Shown here: one piece after another, positions 59,476-64,000 of the stretch
Layout of the letters: the number at the start of each line of letters is the position of its first letter
How positions within the stretch are numbered: position 1 is the first letter of the stretch
Assembly (NCBI GenBank): GCA_028534125.1
Contig: CM052818.1
Span: 36,210,001 to 36,274,000, forward strand
Origin: Lama glama
Taxonomy: Eukaryota
Reading direction: 5' to 3'
Length of the DNA: 64,000 bases
Position numbers and translations under genes: made by a program
The notes under the pieces: model-generated
Told to the model about the DNA's origin: nothing
Databases searched by the model: none
The model's input: only the letters and a program-made list of their open reading frames with translations

Positions 59476-62400
59476 GTGAGTCTTACTGAGACTTTTGAAA
59501 TGTCATTTAAAGAAAATGTGTAAATCTGTACTCTCAGAATTATAGCTGACAGCAGGCCTGAGAACCCAGAAACTAATAGACTGAAATCGGGGAGATGCAG
59601 TTTTTCTGTAAAGGAAAAGTACCTACGGAGACCCTCATGATCCATCTCAGTGAGAGCCAAGAATAGCAGTTGTGAAATTATAGAGAGCATGAAGTAGTAA
59701 TGAATGGTTTGAGAGGAATGAATGGGAAAAGAAAGAACTAACATTTATACATACCTACTATTTGTAAAGAAGTACTGTACTGTGGTTTTCATATTCATTA
59801 ACTCTAATTTTCTCAGTAGTCTTTACTGTCTCCTTTATTGACTCCAGAATTTCAAAATAAGCTGTGTAAAGCCAGATAAAAGTAAAAATAATTTTCTTCA
59901 ACTACAGCTTTTTGTTGAAGATTTTAAAATACAGAGTAAAATAATTACACAAATTCAATTTTTAATTTAATCTAAAGTTGAGAGTTCATATCTTCAAATG
60001 ATATTTATTGAATACCTACTACATGTCACTTGTCATAGGTGCTTTTATTTGCATCACCAACATTACAGCCCTGTGTGGATGTGATAGTGTGCTTCACAGG
60101 TGAGACTACAAAGGCCCAGAGAGTAAAAGTACCTGTCTAGCTTCACGCAGCTATTTAGTGATTAAAATCTTCTGACGCTAAATTGAAATGTCTACACAGT
60201 TCCACAGCCGCTGTCACTTTAACTAGTATAAATGAACCAATTACCTAACAGTCCATCTAGAAGGATGTCTAAGATCTTGATTTTTAGTTGGAATATCTTT
60301 TTCGTAATAAATTTTCTTTTATGACTAGAGAGCACCTTCTTGGCTTTTAGAAGAACTCTGTGAGATTTGAGGACTCTCCTTTTCAATGATTACTATCCCT
60401 CGGAAAAGTAAACCACGAGCTAGAAATATGTCATCATTGGTACTCAAACGGGGATGAAAATAAAGTATTACAGACCAGCTGTTTTTAGGAAGTCTCTTTT
60501 CATATTTGATAAAAAGCTTTGGACCCTTTCTACAGAAAACACATTTTTGCATGTGATTTCAGTGTATACATGGACTCTAGGTTAAGAATGCCTGTTGTAG
60601 ACATCCAAGAATGGTATACAGAAGATCCCCTGACTTGGGGTCAGGAGACAAGATTCTACTTCAGGCCCTGTTACTAGCCATGTGACCCTAGACAAGTGGC
60701 CCTGCTTTCTCCTCACATGTAATATTAATCTGAATGGACAGTGCCTTTCAGCTTTTAACACGGGGGCAGCATGATAAATTTACTAGGTTGCTTGATAAGA
60801 CCTAGGTTCATTTACTAACTGGGCACTTGCTAGTTATGTGAACCTGGGCAAAATATATTTAGTCCTCCTGAGCTTCAGTTACCTATGAAATAGAATCTTT
60901 CTAAAAGAATTTCAGTAAGGATCAAATTAGATGATGCCTGTGAAAGCACTTTGTCATCAAGTATTTCCTTCCCAGTGTATATTAGCCACCCTTTTCTGTG
61001 CTCCCATAGCATCTCTTCTAGTTAACACATGGTTTTGTCTGTGTGCTTACTTGTCTCTCCTGCCAGCCTATGATCTCCTCTAGGACAGATACCATATATT
61101 CTTCTCACTTTATGTTGACAGCTCTTGCTGTGCCTGATACATGTTAAGTACCCGGTGCATGTAAGTAAATGAATAATATAGAAATTGATGATGTGGGTTG
61201 CAATTAATTTATGACAATATTACAAAATGTATTAGTAGTACATAATTAAGAGATGCTTGTATCAGTGGAGTTAGAGAATGTTTCAGAAAACCAAGGTGAA
61301 ATGTGCAGAGTAGCTTAGGGTCTTTGTACTTCTAGTCCCTCCATCTGGGATGGTTTTCACCCAGCTCATCTAATATCTTGCTCCTCATTCTTCAGGTTTG
61401 AGCTTCAGTGCCAGAGGTTTTCCTAGACTGTCCTAGCTAAAGTAGCCCCCTGGCCTCCTGTTAGTCTCTGCCCAGCTCTCTACTTCCTTTATATTTCTCA
61501 TGAACTATAGTTATTTTGTATTTACTTATATAATGTCTTTCTCCTGCTTGAATAAAGCTCCTTGAAGGGAAGGATGATGATCATCTTTTTCACGATTGGA
61601 TTTCCGCTGTCAGATACAAAGAGCACTATATATATTTGTTGAATAAATTCATAAAAGTTTGGTGTGCAGGAACTTGGGTCTGAGTGTTTAAGTTATAGAT
61701 TGAGAAACAGATGTTTTTCTGTTCTGTAGCTGCGGTCATGCTCTGTGGCATACTTGGCACCCAGCACTAGGGTGAGCAGCCTTCCCAGTTTGCCCAGGGC
61801 TATGGTGTTTTCTGGGACACGGCTGTTCAGTGCCAAAACCTGGACAGTCTTGGGCAAACCCAGATGATTGGTTACCTTACCTGGCATGTAGGAGACACTC
61901 AGTGCTTTGAACTTTTTAAAGCCCTGTCATACTTGTTACGTATTTTAATTATTAAAACCATGAGTGAGGTAGGGCAGGTGATACAGCCGACACACAGCTG
62001 AAGCTTAGAAATTTTGTTACATGATTAAGTTTTCTTGTTACTAAAAGCTTTTACTACCAGTCAAGAAAATAATGTTGACTCAGTGCCTAACACACAGTAG
62101 GTACCAAGTACATGTTATTTGAAATTAAAATTACAATGTAGATCTCATGATACTGGTTGATAATTAGGGGCTGAGGCACTTGAGATGGAAAGTCTTTAAA
62201 ATGAGGTTAGCATCTGTCCCTGTTCTACTTCCTAAGAAGTTGTAAGAGGAAGGGAGATGCTTTTGTTTTGTTTTGTTAGCTTCCTGAAGAAAAGGTATGT
62301 GAGATGATTGATAGGAGAAAGCAGATTTCCACCCTTCAAATGCTTATTAGCACTTGCTGAATGTATAGCACTGTGGGAATAAAATACAAGATAAGACCCT

Positions 62401-63982
62401 GTTTGCCCTTTAGGAACTTAAAATGTTAAGTTTTTTATGCTTTTCTTCTGAAGGAAAAACTAGGTAGAATTTTTTTGGAAAATCTTTGTGACAATGTTTT
62501 TTTCCTTTGGGTAGTCCCAATTTTCATACCTTAAGCATGCTTGAAAATAGTTAAAAAGTCAAAAGTCCAAAAGTTGTTAGACTATTTGCAGAGAGTAAAG
62601 AATATTGTAAAGTCCTTCATCAAGTCATGGAGCCTGACAGAGCTTTCAGTGACACTGGCACCCTCCAGCCACCCCAGCACTGCATTCCTGTCCCATCCCC
62701 TTTTACAGGAAGCACAAACTCTGACCAGGGCCCAAGACTGTAGTCTTATCCAGGTCAAATCTAGGCAGATGCCTCCCCTTCCAGTGAGCCCCCTGCCTTT
62801 CCTTGACCCTATGCAGGGACTATGGCAGTTAATAAACCACATTCCACAGTTGCACTGGGTAGCTGGATCACAGATGGAAGCAAGGGGTCCGTCTGTAGCT
62901 CATTGGAGCATAAGCTGAATGGGACCTCTGCCTGCTGTCCCTACTCACAGGCACATGGCCATCTGTCACCTGCAGTTTGTTGCTCCTCACACCTCCCCTA
63001 ACGGGAGCTGGTGAGGTAAGGACAGGAGATGGCAAGAAGCAGCCCCGTATCTCTGAGCGAGATCCAACTGCCACTTCTAGCCACCTTCCAGCATTCTGCT
63101 CTGGCTCACCGGTAACCCCATCTACAAGCACACTTCAGCCCAAGTCTCTACAGAAACCTAACCCTTTCCCTTAGCTACATAGGGTTGTGTAACTTATGAA
63201 AGTGCAGATACTAAAAATGAATGTGTGAAAGTTGGGAGTTGACTGTATTGTGTTTTAAAAAGGCAAAGAATCTTCTAAGTGGAGGAAACTACATTAACTC
63301 TCTCTTTGCACTGGAGGACATCCCTTCCTGGCCATAAAGGGTGGTGGTTGGCTATTTTCCTGTGTATCACTTGTAATTTTGCTGTCTTCTTGGTAGAGGC
63401 TTTTCTCCTACCCTACCTTCCTCTGCAGACACAAAATCAGTTTTATTTTTATGGATCTGATAAACTTTAGTAAAATATTACCCAGAAACATCAGTTTCCT
63501 ACGTTGAGGGGGATGGTCTTGTCTTTAAGAATTGGAACTAAAATTAGAGTGAGGGAGAAAATCAAAATCTTTAGAAACAAGGGACTAGTGTGGCAAATAA
63601 CTGGAGCATTTGTTCTGTTGCATGAATGCACAGGAAGAAAAACCCCATCCTAGATATTGCTGACTAATAAGAGCCATCACTCCTAAGTACTGCACTTTCC
63701 AGTGTAAGACTGAAAATTGACTGTGAGAAGTAGGAAAGACTAAAACAGTGAGCATGAAGACTCTGAGAGTTTCAAGCTAGTTATTTGCTGCTGTTGCTTT
63801 AGTAGGTATGTCAGTATTCTTGATATAACAATAAGTTTAGCCTGAGGTTTTTGACTTAAAAACAAAAATTACCTAATTCAAGAAATTACAGGCTTATCTA
63901 GCATACCTGTCCATAATATCTATTTTTTCTGATGCTTTTCAGGTAAATGTGTATTTTAATTAAGTCCAATTCAACTCTGTAG

Positions 63983-64000
63983 GGGGAACACACCGGAAAC
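63983..64000 (+). CDS. SF3B6: SF3B6 exon 3, truncated by window end
   Basis: ctgtag|G GGG AAC ACA CCG GAA AC = (V)GNTPET, the expected continuation. Confidence 0.9.

Overview
Mammalian genomic DNA, probably a camelid (inferred from the young tRNA-derived SINEs). The window holds the FAM228A-FAM228B-PFN4-TP53I3-SF3B6 block. Exons were assembled by hand from GT-AG boundaries and recalled homology to the human proteins. Intact genes: FAM228B (minus strand, 8-9 coding exons, 322-324 aa), PFN4 (plus, 4 coding exons, 129 aa) and TP53I3/PIG3 (plus, 5 coding exons, 332 aa). SF3B6 (plus) is present from exon 1 to the start of exon 3, cut by the window edge. The main surprise is that FAM228A looks like a unitary pseudogene: the start codon reads ACG, one exon is frameshifted (187 nt vs 192 nt in FAM228B), and a later exon has an in-frame TGA, while all splice sites remain intact. 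Other leads are a candidate poison 3' splice site in SF3B6, a TP53I3 promoter without the human p53 microsatellite, a predicted exon-4-skipped TP53I3 isoform, a PFN4 intron made almost entirely of a DNA transposon, and two near-identical tiny retro-insertions. The rest is LINE/SINE/LTR/DNA-transposon sequence; repeat family names are from memory, not from a search. I found no convincing evidence of a wholly new multi-gene system.
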